From NCBI RefSeq assembly GCF_943372955.1, contig NZ_CALSAL010000006.1:11888-75887 (forward strand): a stretch of DNA of 64,000 bases, given 5' to 3'. A program made the position numbers and the translations under genes. Of this stretch, positions 34,661 through 44,821 are shown piece by piece (position 1 is the stretch's first letter; each line of letters begins with the position of its first letter). The DNA comes from Polaromonas sp. YR568 (GTDB taxonomy: Bacteria > Pseudomonadota > Gammaproteobacteria > Burkholderiales > Burkholderiaceae_C). The notes under the pieces were generated by a model. The model did not search any database. It had not been told where the DNA came from and saw nothing but the letters and a program-made list of their open reading frames with translations.

Positions 34661-36853
34661 TCAGTGGTCTTCGGGGTATGCAGCTGCGCGGCTGCCGGGA
34701 TGTTGTTCGCACCATTGTTGCCAGACGTTTCGCAGCGCGGCTTCAAAATGCCGGGCAAATCTCGGGGCATCAAATACAGGCGAGGCCAGCACCTGCGAGC
34801 GTAAACCTGCACGCAGCCGCGCCAGCGCCGGCAGATTGCTTGCATGGGCAATCGCCCGCTGCACGTAATCGTCTTCGCTGTCAGCGATCCATTCCGGGAG
34901 ACCTGCGTTCATCAGGAATCCGACGCCTTGCCGCGAAAGAAAAGTAGTGCCCGCCAGGGTCAGGACAGGCACACCCATCCAGAGCGCTTCTACCGTGGTC
35001 GTACCGCCCGTATAGGGAAAGGGATCAAGTGCAATGTCCACCTGCTGATAGGTTGCCAGATACTGATCACGCGGGACAGGGCCGCGAATGATGAGCCGTG
35101 CTGTCGGGATGCCGTGTGCGCCGAAGCGTCTGAGCGTTTCGTCCCGGGTCGAGGGCTCGCTCAGCTGGGGCGCCATCAGATGCAGGCGACTGCCCGGTAC
35201 CCCTTTGAGAACGCGCGCCCAGAGGGCTACCACCGCGTCGTTCATCTTCGGCAACGCATTGAAGCAGGCGAACGTCAGGTACCCGTTGACTGCGGCAGGC
35301 AATGGGGTGACTTTCACTTCGAGGGTGGGTGCGGTGAAGCAAAGGCGGGTTTCCGGCAGGCGCAGGATTTTCTCCGTGAACTGGTTTTCGAGCGCCTCTG
35401 GCAGCGTCCACGGGTCGGCAATCAGGTAGTCGATGGCCTGCACACCCGTGGTGGCGAAGTAACCCAGCCAGCTGATCTGTACAGGCGCGGCCCGGCGTGC
35501 AAACACGGGCAGGCGGTTGCCACCGGTGTGGCCGGACAGGTCGATCAGGATGTCGATCTGGTCGTTCCGGATGCGGTCCACGAGGGACGTATCCGAGTCG
35601 TCTGCAACGCAGTGCCAGCCCTTGAGGTGAGACTGGATCCGCGCCGTCACGGTATCAGTCGCTAGCGTGTTGGAGTAGGCAAACATCTCCAGACGCCCCG
35701 ACGCCTGCGTCGCCAGCGCTGCCAGCACACCCTCCACAAAGTAGCCCACCGGGTGTGCACAGAGGTCGGCAGACACCATGCCGACGCGCAGACATCGGTC
35801 TCTGACGGGGCTGTTCTTCCACGCTGCCGATGTGGGCGGAGGTGTCGGTTGGGCTGCAAGCGCCAGCCTCGACACGGTTTCACCAAAGCGGCGTGCCTCG
35901 GCCAGCAGCTCATGCGGCGGCTGTGCTGAAAGGTAGTTTTGCACCATCAAGAGGTTGCTGTGCGCGACTGCCAGTTGGGGGTTGAGTTCCATGGCCGTGC
36001 GGTAGCTGGCCAGGGCCTTGTCCAGCTGCCCGAGGTCCTTGAACGTGGTTCCCAGGTTGTTGTGTGCATCAGCGCTCTGGGGGTTGAGCTCCAGCACCCG
36101 GCGGTAGCTTTCGGCTGCATCCTTGAACTGGTGCAAATCCATCAGTGCGTTGCCCAGATTGCCATGTGCGGCCAGGAAATCGGGCTTGATTTGAATGGCC
36201 AGGCGGAATTGACGCACCGCGTCCTGCAATTGCCCGCGAAGCGTGAGGATCAATCCCAGGCTGTTGAGTGCATCAACTTGGTGTGGGTTTCTTGCCAGGA
36301 TCTGGCGAAAGCACACTGCGGCCTCGTCAAAGCGGTCCAGTCGAACCAGAAGATGGGCGAGCTTGTTCTGGGCCTCGGCATGGTTTTCCTCCAGAACCAG
36401 GGCGCGGCGATACGCTGCGATGGCCTGCTCGTTCTGCCCCAGTTCTTCCAGGCTTGCCGCAAGTGCCACTTCAGCCTCCGCAAAATCCGGCTTGAGCGCG
36501 AGCGAGTACCGATAAGCTGCGATCGCCTCTTCGTGACGGCCCAGCCGCGTATAGGCGGCACCCAGATTGAAATGGGCACCTGCCGAATCCGGCTTGTATC
36601 GCAGCGCCTCCCGAAAAGCCAGAAGTGCGTCTGCCGCATCACCGCGATCCAGCAGGATGGTTCCGCGCAGAAAATGTGCGCGCGCCAGTGTCGGTATCAG
36701 GCGCAAGGCGGCTTCGTAATGTTGCAGCGCGTCGTCTGGCTGGCCCTGCTGTTCAAGTGCCAGGCCCTGCTCGAGCAGACCCGCTGCCGTTGCCTCCTGG
36801 CCCGGATCGGCGCTTGCGGACAAGGGGTTGGCAACTGGCATCACATTCCTCAA
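34661..36853 (-). CDS. TPR repeat + GT41 (OGT/SPINDLY-like) glycosyltransferase, paralogue 2
   Basis: Same architecture and blocks as paralogue 1. The TTG start at 36853 overlaps the upstream stop; GTG 36844 or ATG 36841 are alternatives. Confidence 0.8.
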   Translation of the reverse strand: MRNVMPVANPLSASADPGQEATAAGLLEQGLALEQQGQPDDALQHYEAALRLIPTLARAHFLRGTILLDRGDAADALLAFREALRYKPDSAGAHFNLGAAYTRLGRHEEAIAAYRYSLALKPDFAEAEVALAASLEELGQNEQAIAAYRRALVLEENHAEAQNKLAHLLVRLDRFDEAAVCFRQILARNPHQVDALNSLGLILTLRGQLQDAVRQFRLAIQIKPDFLAAHGNLGNALMDLHQFKDAAESYRRVLELNPQSADAHNNLGTTFKDLGQLDKALASYRTAMELNPQLAVAHSNLLMVQNYLSAQPPHELLAEARRFGETVSRLALAAQPTPPPTSAAWKNSPVRDRCLRVGMVSADLCAHPVGYFVEGVLAALATQASGRLEMFAYSNTLATDTVTARIQSHLKGWHCVADDSDTSLVDRIRNDQIDILIDLSGHTGGNRLPVFARRAAPVQISWLGYFATTGVQAIDYLIADPWTLPEALENQFTEKILRLPETRLCFTAPTLEVKVTPLPAAVNGYLTFACFNALPKMNDAVVALWARVLKGVPGSRLHLMAPQLSEPSTRDETLRRFGAHGIPTARLIIRGPVPRDQYLATYQQVDIALDPFPYTGGTTTVEALWMGVPVLTLAGTTFLSRQGVGFLMNAGLPEWIADSEDDYVQRAIAHASNLPALARLRAGLRSQVLASPVFDAPRFARHFEAALRNVWQQWCEQHPGSRAAAYPEDH

Positions 36854-39147
36854 AGTGCGGCGGTGCGCACGTTGCGCTGTTCACACCACGCCTGCCACAT
36901 GCCGCGCAGGGCCACTTCAAAATGCATCGCAAAGCGTGGTGCATTAAAGATGGGAGATGCTTGTACCTGGCCGCGCAGACGGGCCCGCAGCACGGAAAGC
37001 CGCTGCAAGTCACTGGCGTGTGAGACCGCCCGGGCCACGTAGTCGTCCATGTCGACGGCGACCCAATCCTGCAGCCCCGCATTCATCAGCAGGCCAACGC
37101 CCTGGCGGGAGAGGAAACGCTCGCCTTCCAACGTGAGCACCGGCACACCCATCCACAAGGCCTCTGCCGAGGTGGTTCCGCCAGGATAGGGAAACGGGTC
37201 GAGGGCGATGTCGATCCGGTGGTAGGCCCGCAGGTAGTTGTCGCGGGGCACGTAGTGCTCCATCACCAGGCGTTCTGCGCCGATGCCGTGGCCCCGGAAA
37301 CGCTGCTCAACCTCTTGCCGGGTTGCGGCATCCATCAGCTGCCGGGCCTTGAGGAACAGTCGGCTGCCGGGGACCGCATTCAGCACCCGGGCCCACAGCG
37401 CCACCACCGCGTCGTTCATCTTGCTCAGGTTGTTGAAGCAGCCGAAGGTGATGTGCTGGTTCGCGAGCGCCGGCAGCGCTGACACGTCGGGGCTTGCGCG
37501 AGGCGGGGTGAAGCAAAGCCTGGTCTCTGGCAAGCGCCATATTTTTTCGGTGAAGTGCTGTTCCTCCCCGGGCGGCAAAGTCCATGGGTCGGCAATCAGG
37601 TAGTCGATGGCGGCCACGCCAGTGGTGGCGAAGTAGCCCAGCCATGACACCTGCACGGGTGCCGGCTTCCAGGCAAAAACCGCGAGTCGGTTGTGCGCGG
37701 TATGGCCGGAAAGATCAATCAGGATGTCGATGCCGTCTTGACGAATCTGCGCAGCGACGTCCTCGTCCGACAAGCCCACGACGGGATGCCAGCCATGGCA
37801 GCAGGCCCTGAGGCGGCGGCTGGTATCGTCGTCACATCGCCGCGTGGGGTAGGCCCACAGTTCCAGTCTTGCGTCGGAGTTCGCGAGGGCCTGCAGCACG
37901 CCTTCGAGAAAATAACCCACCGGGTGGGTGCAGAAATCTCCGGACACCAGGCCGACGCGCAGGGCGCGTGCCGGCTCGGGCGTGTTGTCCCAGTGGGTGT
38001 GCGGGCGGGCCTGGCGTGCCACCATGTCACCGTAGCGCCGGGCCTCCTCCAGTAACTGGTCGGGGGGTTGATCTGAAAGGTAGTTGTGCAGAAACAGCAG
38101 GCTGTTGTGAGCCTCGCTGAAGTCGGGCTGGAGCGCCAGCGCGCGCCGTGTGCTGACGAGGGCCTCTTCAAACTGACCCATCTCCTGCAGCACGATGCCA
38201 AGGTTGCTGTGGGTTTGGGCATGGTCCGGCTTGAGTGCCAGCGCCTGCCGATGGCAGGCCAGGGCCTCGTCAAAACGGCTGAGCGATTGAAGGGCCACGC
38301 CCATGCAGGTGAGTGACTCTGCAAAGGTGGGGTTGATCGCCAGCGCGCTGCGATAGCTGGAGAGCGCCATCTCGGTCTCCCCCAGATCCATGTAGGCGTT
38401 GCCGAGATTGTGGTGGGCCTCGATGAATCCCGGCTTCGCTTCAAGCGCTCTGCGGTAGCTCTCGACCGCTGCCTCAAGCTGCCCAAGGCCGCGCAGCACC
38501 ACCGCCAGATTGTTGTGCGCCAGCGCGTCGTCAGGCTGAATCGCCAATACCTGGCGGAAGCTGGCGGCGGCAGCATCAAGCTGCCTGAGCTTCTTCTGCA
38601 GGGCGCCGAGGTGGTTGAGTAGATCAGCATTACCGGGGTCGAAAACCAGCAGGCGCTGGTAGCAGGCGGCAGCTTCTTCGAGCCGCTCCAGCCGGGTCAG
38701 TAATGTGGCCAGCTTGCGGTCTGCCTCGGGGTAGTCCGGCTTCATGGTCAGCGCACGGCCATAGCTTTGAACGGCTTCCTCGTCGCGCCCCAGCTCTTCC
38801 AGCGCAGCGCCGAGTGCCATCATGGCCTCAGGGAAGTCGGGCCTGAACGCCAGCGCCTGCCGGTAGGCCTGCACCGCTTCGCTCGGGCGGTCCAGCCGCA
38901 CATATGCGGCTCCCAGGTTGAAATGGGTTCCAGCGGATTCGGGTCTGAGTTGTACGGCCTTCTGTAACGCAGCCAGCGCACCCTCCGCATCACCACTGTC
39001 CAGCAAAATGGTGCCGCGATTGAAATGGGCGTGTGCCAACTCAGGCGCCAGAGCGAGAGCCGCCTCGTAGCAGCGCAGGGCTTCCAGCGGATCGCCCTGC
39101 TGCTCGCATGTCATGCCCTGCTCAAGCCATTGTTCTGCGGTGTTCAT
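36850..39147 (-). CDS. TPR repeat + GT41 (OGT/SPINDLY-like) glycosyltransferase, paralogue 3
   Basis: Same architecture with a longer TPR array. LRVGLVSGDFCTHPVGYF, SWLGYFATTG, ALDPFPYPGGTTSAEALWMGVPVLTL. Confidence 0.8.
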   Translation of the reverse strand: MNTAEQWLEQGMTCEQQGDPLEALRCYEAALALAPELAHAHFNRGTILLDSGDAEGALAALQKAVQLRPESAGTHFNLGAAYVRLDRPSEAVQAYRQALAFRPDFPEAMMALGAALEELGRDEEAVQSYGRALTMKPDYPEADRKLATLLTRLERLEEAAACYQRLLVFDPGNADLLNHLGALQKKLRQLDAAAASFRQVLAIQPDDALAHNNLAVVLRGLGQLEAAVESYRRALEAKPGFIEAHHNLGNAYMDLGETEMALSSYRSALAINPTFAESLTCMGVALQSLSRFDEALACHRQALALKPDHAQTHSNLGIVLQEMGQFEEALVSTRRALALQPDFSEAHNSLLFLHNYLSDQPPDQLLEEARRYGDMVARQARPHTHWDNTPEPARALRVGLVSGDFCTHPVGYFLEGVLQALANSDARLELWAYPTRRCDDDTSRRLRACCHGWHPVVGLSDEDVAAQIRQDGIDILIDLSGHTAHNRLAVFAWKPAPVQVSWLGYFATTGVAAIDYLIADPWTLPPGEEQHFTEKIWRLPETRLCFTPPRASPDVSALPALANQHITFGCFNNLSKMNDAVVALWARVLNAVPGSRLFLKARQLMDAATRQEVEQRFRGHGIGAERLVMEHYVPRDNYLRAYHRIDIALDPFPYPGGTTSAEALWMGVPVLTLEGERFLSRQGVGLLMNAGLQDWVAVDMDDYVARAVSHASDLQRLSVLRARLRGQVQASPIFNAPRFAMHFEVALRGMWQAWCEQRNVRTAAL

Positions 39148-39354
39148 GGTTTCCGGCGTTGCCTCGTGCCAGCTGCTGGCGTCATGTCCCTGTCTGTTGC
39201 CGGGCTGTCAAGAATACCCATTCCACAGCCCTCCTTGCTGCTTGTCTTGAGCGCATCGGCAACATGAATCGTTTGATTCTCGCGTCCAAGACTGATATGT
39301 TCCGCAGGCGGCATGGCGAAAATGCCATCATCACGAAACGCATCTGGAGGCCAC

Positions 39355-39654
39355 ATGATTTTGAGCTGGTTTGACGCAGCTGAAGCCAAGAAATTCGGGA
39401 CATCTCTCGCCCAGTTCTTTCTGGAGCGCATTCCCAAAGCATCCCACAAGCAGGACAAGGATTTTGCGAGAAAGGTGGACGACGTCCTTGAGAAAATGAC
39501 GAAACAGATCGTGCAGTTCAAGCAGCAGCACGAGTTGAACACCTACAAAAAAGCCCAGCTGGGCAATGCATTCAAGTGGACCTTGCTGGATGCCGGCGTC
39601 GCATCTGACTACACCGACGAGATGACCACCTGGCTCATTAAAAAGATTGGCTGA
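39355..39654 (+). CDS. hypothetical small helical protein (99 aa)
   Basis: ORF 39313..39654 trimmed to ATG 39355, with GGAGG 4 nt upstream. No family recognised. Lies in a stretch of visibly lower GC. Confidence 0.45.
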   Translation: MILSWFDAAEAKKFGTSLAQFFLERIPKASHKQDKDFARKVDDVLEKMTKQIVQFKQQHELNTYKKAQLGNAFKWTLLDAGVASDYTDEMTTWLIKKIG

Positions 39655-39670
39655 GACCACGCAGTCGATG

Positions 39671-40329
<659 letters not shown>

Positions 40330-40347
40330 TCAACTGATCCAATTGAC

Positions 40348-40380
40348 AGCCCCTTGGCGAAGGCCAAGGGGCTTTTTCTT
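40348..40380 (+). terminator. strong rho-independent terminator after pilA
   Basis: Perfect 11-bp stem AGCCCCTTGGC/GCCAAGGGGCT, GAAG loop, then TTTTTCTTTTC. Confidence 0.8.
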
Positions 40381-40395
40381 TTCTGCTTCACCACC

Positions 40396-42312
40396 ATGCG
40401 CACCCGGTATGCTCTCCTGATTGCCATGGTTGTTGCCGGCCTGGCACTGGTCGCGATTTACTGGGCCGGACTGCAGGGCGGCTTTTTCTTCGATGACGGA
40501 CCCAGCATTCTCCAGGCTGAAGGTGTCCGTCTGGATCGACTGTCTTTTGATGCACTGCATCAGGCCCTCGTGAGCGGCAGCTCCGGGCCATCTGGGCGAC
40601 CTGTCGCGCAGCTGAGCTTTGCGCTCAATCATTACTTCAGCGGCTTTGATCCGTTCGCGTTCAAGGTCACCAACCTGGCAATTCACGGGCTGTCAGGCAT
40701 TCTCGTCTTCGGACTGGCGTGGCGCCTGCTGGCGTCGGCCCTGCCCGCCGCGCAGACCCGCAACGCTTTGATGGCCGCCGGATTTGTGGCAATGCTTTGG
40801 CTGCTGCATCCTGTGCAGTTGTTGCCTGTGCTGCACGTCGTACAGCGCATGACCAGCCTGTCTGCCCTGTTCCTGCTGGGTGCTCTGTGGATGCACATCG
40901 AGGCGCGCCAGCGTGGCGGCCGTGCAGGCGTTGCGTTGATGCTTCTTGCTTGGGGCGTCGCCTGGCCGCTGTCTGTGTTGAGCAAGGAAACCGGCCTGCT
41001 CTTTCCTGTTTTCGCACTTGCCTGGGAAACCATCCTGCGTGCCCGCTCGTCGCTTGCGGGGCTTGACCGGTTTGGCTGGTGTCTGGTGCTGCTGGTGGGC
41101 CTCGCTGCACTGGCTGTGGCGGGTTATCTCCTCTCCCCATTCTCCAGCGACTTGTGGTCAGGCTATGAGGTTCGCTCCTTCTCGCTCATAGAAAGGGTGC
41201 TGACTGAGGGCCGGGTGCTCTGGTTCTATCTCGGGTTGATGGCTTTGCCGCAGATGGAAGCCTTCGGGCTTCACCACGACGACATCGTCCTGTCCACCGG
41301 GCTGATGTCTCCGTGGACGACGTTACCGGCACTCCTAGGTCTCGCTGCGCTGGTCATCCTGGCCTGGGGGGCGCGACGGCGTGCGCCGGTACTGGCCTTC
41401 GGTGTGGCGTGGTTCCTGATCGGGCATGCGCTGGAATCGACGGTGTTGCCGCTGGAACTGGCCCACGAACACCGTAACTACGTCCCTTTGTTTGGTGTGG
41501 CGCTGATGGCCGGGTGGGCACTGATGCAGGCGCTCCAACGTGCGGAGGCTTTCAGGACATGCGGGGTGGCACTGGCGGCGACGGCGCTGGTCTATTGTTC
41601 CTTTCTCACGGCGTTGCGCGCCCACCAGTACGGCGACGACGTCCGGCGAACGCAAATCGAGGCGCAATACCACCGGCAGTCAGCACGGGCGCAGCATGAA
41701 GCGGGTGTTTTCCTGGCCAGCCTGCCTGAGGCTGCCTCGGCGGCGTTGCCCACCTACTCCTTTGCACGCCGGCATTATGAAATCGCCGGCGAACTGGATC
41801 GCAACCTCAAGATGAACTGGCTGGGTCTGCTTCATCTGAATTGCAGGGCCGGGATTCCTGTCAGGCCCTCTGATCTGGATGAGTTGGCACGCCGTCTGCG
41901 CCGCACACCGTTTGCTCCTGGCGACATGACGGTTCTCTACAACCTGAAAGAGCTGTCCATTGACGGGTCGCTCTGCCTTGTGAGGTCGGACATGGACCGT
42001 CTCTTCGCTGCTGCCCTGGCCAACCCCGGGGTCTCGCCGGGGGTGAGAGTTGCCCTTCACTCGTGGCACGCCGATTACCTGTGGCTGCGTGAGCAGGACA
42101 TTGCCGCCGCACGGGAGGCATTGAAGAAATCCCTGGACCTGCATCCGTCCCACCCAAGCAATCGCCTGAAATGGATTCAGCTGCTGATCATTTCAGGGGA
42201 GTACCCGCAGGCGAAAAAACTGTTGACCGGACTTCAGGTACGGGATCTGTCTCCTGGCGAGCGTCAAACCTTCACAGAATTGCAGCTTGCCCTGAAAGCT
42301 GCGGCACACTAA
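40396..42312 (+). CDS. polytopic GT-C-fold glycosyltransferase-like protein (PMT/TMTC/ArnT-like) with a helical-repeat C-terminal domain
   Basis: The ORF-track start 40354 lies inside the pilA terminator, so it is trimmed to ATG 40396. More than 10 hydrophobic helices; acidic motif GGFFFDDGPSIL in the first loop; soluble C-terminal ~200 aa. Confidence 0.6.
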   Translation: MRTRYALLIAMVVAGLALVAIYWAGLQGGFFFDDGPSILQAEGVRLDRLSFDALHQALVSGSSGPSGRPVAQLSFALNHYFSGFDPFAFKVTNLAIHGLSGILVFGLAWRLLASALPAAQTRNALMAAGFVAMLWLLHPVQLLPVLHVVQRMTSLSALFLLGALWMHIEARQRGGRAGVALMLLAWGVAWPLSVLSKETGLLFPVFALAWETILRARSSLAGLDRFGWCLVLLVGLAALAVAGYLLSPFSSDLWSGYEVRSFSLIERVLTEGRVLWFYLGLMALPQMEAFGLHHDDIVLSTGLMSPWTTLPALLGLAALVILAWGARRRAPVLAFGVAWFLIGHALESTVLPLELAHEHRNYVPLFGVALMAGWALMQALQRAEAFRTCGVALAATALVYCSFLTALRAHQYGDDVRRTQIEAQYHRQSARAQHEAGVFLASLPEAASAALPTYSFARRHYEIAGELDRNLKMNWLGLLHLNCRAGIPVRPSDLDELARRLRRTPFAPGDMTVLYNLKELSIDGSLCLVRSDMDRLFAAALANPGVSPGVRVALHSWHADYLWLREQDIAAAREALKKSLDLHPSHPSNRLKWIQLLIISGEYPQAKKLLTGLQVRDLSPGERQTFTELQLALKAAAH

Positions 42313-42332
42313 GCTCATCGGCCCATTCAACC

Positions 42333-43220
42333 ATGAACCCAACAGCGCTCATTTCCATTGTGATCCCCGCCCGGAACGAGGCGGTCGGGCTGCGCGGGAT
42401 TCTGCCCCGTGTGGTGTCACTCATGCCTGGCGCCGAAATCATCGTGGTCGACGATGGCTCAACCGACGAGACGCCCGCCGTCTGCGCCGATGCCGGGGTG
42501 ATCCATCTGCGCCACCATCACCCCAAAGGCAACGGTGCGGCCATCAAGACCGGCGCCCGCGCAGCAAGGGGCGAGGTCATTGTTTTCATGGATGCCGATG
42601 GGCAGCATAAACCGGACGACATACCCGCCTTGCTGGAGACATTCCATCAGGGCCACGACATGGTTGTGGGCGCGCGGCAGGCAGGCTCACAAGCTGGCCT
42701 GCACCGTGCAGCGGCAAATGATGTGTTCAGCCGTTTTGCCAGCTGGATGGTGGCTCAACCCATCGACGATCTCACTTCCGGGTTCCGGGTGGTGCGTGCA
42801 GCCCGCTTCCGCCAGTTTCTGTATTTGCTGCCGGACGGATTCTCCTACCCGACCACCATCACCATGAGTTTTTTCAGGGCCGGTTACAGCGTGGCTTATG
42901 TGCCGATCCACTCACCACGCCGCAGCGGCGGGGCAAGCCATATCCGGCCTCTGCGGGACGGGCTGCGGTTTCTTCTGATCATCATCAAGATCGGCACGCT
43001 GTTCTCTCCGCAGAAGCTGTTCCTGCCGATCAGCGCGGCCTTCTTCCTGACGGGAATCAGCTATTACCTGTACACCTACCTGACCGCCGGCCGCTTCACC
43101 AACATGAGTGCGCTGCTGTTCATTTCGGCGATCTTCACTTTTCTGATTGGTATTGTTTCCGAACAGATCTCTGCCCTGCACTACAAGAATATCGACACAG
43201 ACAACCATGGTGATTCCTAG
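42333..43220 (+). CDS. GT2 polyprenyl-phosphate glycosyltransferase (GtrB/ArnC/DPM1-like)
   Basis: ORF 42171..43220 trimmed to ATG 42333. ISIVIPARNE, IIVVDDGSTDET, VFMDADGQH, and two C-terminal TM helices. Confidence 0.85.
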   Translation: MNPTALISIVIPARNEAVGLRGILPRVVSLMPGAEIIVVDDGSTDETPAVCADAGVIHLRHHHPKGNGAAIKTGARAARGEVIVFMDADGQHKPDDIPALLETFHQGHDMVVGARQAGSQAGLHRAAANDVFSRFASWMVAQPIDDLTSGFRVVRAARFRQFLYLLPDGFSYPTTITMSFFRAGYSVAYVPIHSPRRSGGASHIRPLRDGLRFLLIIIKIGTLFSPQKLFLPISAAFFLTGISYYLYTYLTAGRFTNMSALLFISAIFTFLIGIVSEQISALHYKNIDTDNHGDS

Positions 43221-43261
43221 CGCGGTGCCTGAGCCAACCCGGTATCGGGGTTTCCTGCTCC

Positions 43262-44821
43262 ATGGGGGCTGATTTGATCGGGGTGCCGCAGCGCCGCAGC
43301 ATCGTCGCGGCGCTGTCGGTCGCTGCCGCCATCGCTGTGGTCCTGGGGGTCCTGTTTTACGCAACCGGCGGCCGCGTTGCGTACACGATGGATTCACTGA
43401 CCTACCGAGACGTGGCACTCCACTTTCTGAGTGGACAGTCCATCCAGTCAAGCAATGTCACCACCCTTGCCCCGGTGCTGGAGCCGTTCCTCAACTGGCC
43501 ACCAGCCTATCCCGCGCTGTGGGCTGTCTGGGCCGCAGTGACGGGAGCCGGGAGCATTGATGCCGTTCCGGTACAACTCAATCTCGTCCTTCTCGCGATC
43601 AGCACGCTGGCCGTTTTCTGGCTGGGGTGGATGGTCACTGGCCAACCGCTCAGCGCAGCGCTGTTGGCCACAGTCAGCGGTCTGGTGCCGACCCATCTGA
43701 TTGTCTATGGCCATGCATGGAGTGAAGCCCTGTTCATTCCCATGCTGCTGCTGGCGTACGCCTGCTTCTGGAAATACCGCATCACGAGCGGACGATTTGT
43801 CTGGCTGGTCATGGCTGCTCTGTTGATCGGTGGCAGCAACTGGGTGCGCTATGCCGGCGTGGCCTTTCTCCCCCTGTTGGGGCTGTCTGTGCTGGTGGCG
43901 TCGGCCAGTGGCATTGGCAGGCGCATTGTGCATGCGGCTGCCGCGGTGCTTTTGGGTCTGGGTGTGGTGTTTCCCCTGTGGCTTCGCAACTGGCAGCTGT
44001 CCGGACACATCTCGGGCTCGACCCGTGGAGGCATGCCGCGCAGCAGCCGCTGGATGGAAGACGCGGTGAACGTCATCGATCTCATCGAGCACGTGTTCTT
44101 TTCGTTCAGCATGGTGTTGCGGGCCAATCTCGAAGTGCCGATGCTGCTGCTTGCGGCCTGGGTGGCGTACCGGGCGTTTCGCCGTTGCCGTCTTCGGTGG
44201 CTCAGGCCGCCAGAGGTCTGGCTGCCTCTGGTCTGGGCGGGCGGGTATGTACTCTTTCTGCTGTATGCGAGAAGAATCCAGACCACGATCGATCTGGATT
44301 TGCGCATGCTGGCAGTGGCTTTCCCATTCATCCTGCTGGCGATGCTGCCGGCATTGAAAGTGGCATCGCTGACGGCCGGCGTCAGTGGCATCAGGATACT
44401 CGTTGCGCTGTGGCTGGGTCTGCTGGCATGCGCCGGCCTTCAGGAGGCAGACCGGGTCCGCCAAAGCTACGCGGCTGACGCCATTCCTCGCTGGCGTTCC
44501 GCGTTTGGTCTGGGCTATCGTGACCTCAGCGCCACCTCACCGACCAGTCTCGCACTGGTGCGCGATCTGACTGTCCTAGCGCCCTCGACGCTGGTGCTGA
44601 CGGATTTCCGGGCGCTGTATCTGCGGTATCTGACTGGCCTCAGGGTCTACGCGCCGCAGGGCGACGCATGCGGGCTGTGGAGCAGTCATCCAGGCGACGT
44701 AGTGCTGTTCATCGGTGCGAAGGATCTGCCGGGCTGGGCTGCCGACTGCCTGCACAAACAGCCGCAATGGCGACTGCTGCGACCGACCGGCAAGGCGGTG
44801 CCGTCCATGTATGCTGATTGA
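43262..44821 (+). CDS. polytopic membrane protein, possible second GT-C-type glycosyltransferase
   Basis: About 12 hydrophobic segments and a ~100-aa soluble C-terminus. Its position after a GtrB-like gene parallels the GtrB/GtrC and ArnC/ArnT logic. No strong motif recognised. Confidence 0.45.
   Translation: MGADLIGVPQRRSIVAALSVAAAIAVVLGVLFYATGGRVAYTMDSLTYRDVALHFLSGQSIQSSNVTTLAPVLEPFLNWPPAYPALWAVWAAVTGAGSIDAVPVQLNLVLLAISTLAVFWLGWMVTGQPLSAALLATVSGLVPTHLIVYGHAWSEALFIPMLLLAYACFWKYRITSGRFVWLVMAALLIGGSNWVRYAGVAFLPLLGLSVLVASASGIGRRIVHAAAAVLLGLGVVFPLWLRNWQLSGHISGSTRGGMPRSSRWMEDAVNVIDLIEHVFFSFSMVLRANLEVPMLLLAAWVAYRAFRRCRLRWLRPPEVWLPLVWAGGYVLFLLYARRIQTTIDLDLRMLAVAFPFILLAMLPALKVASLTAGVSGIRILVALWLGLLACAGLQEADRVRQSYAADAIPRWRSAFGLGYRDLSATSPTSLALVRDLTVLAPSTLVLTDFRALYLRYLTGLRVYAPQGDACGLWSSHPGDVVLFIGAKDLPGWAADCLHKQPQWRLLRPTGKAVPSMYAD

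Noticed and set aside
39157-39172. TGGCAC on the minus strand upstream of the GT41 operon as a second sigma54 promoter
   Set aside because: The -12 position reads AACGC rather than TTGC, and the element would place the transcription start at the ATG itself. It is probably a chance match.
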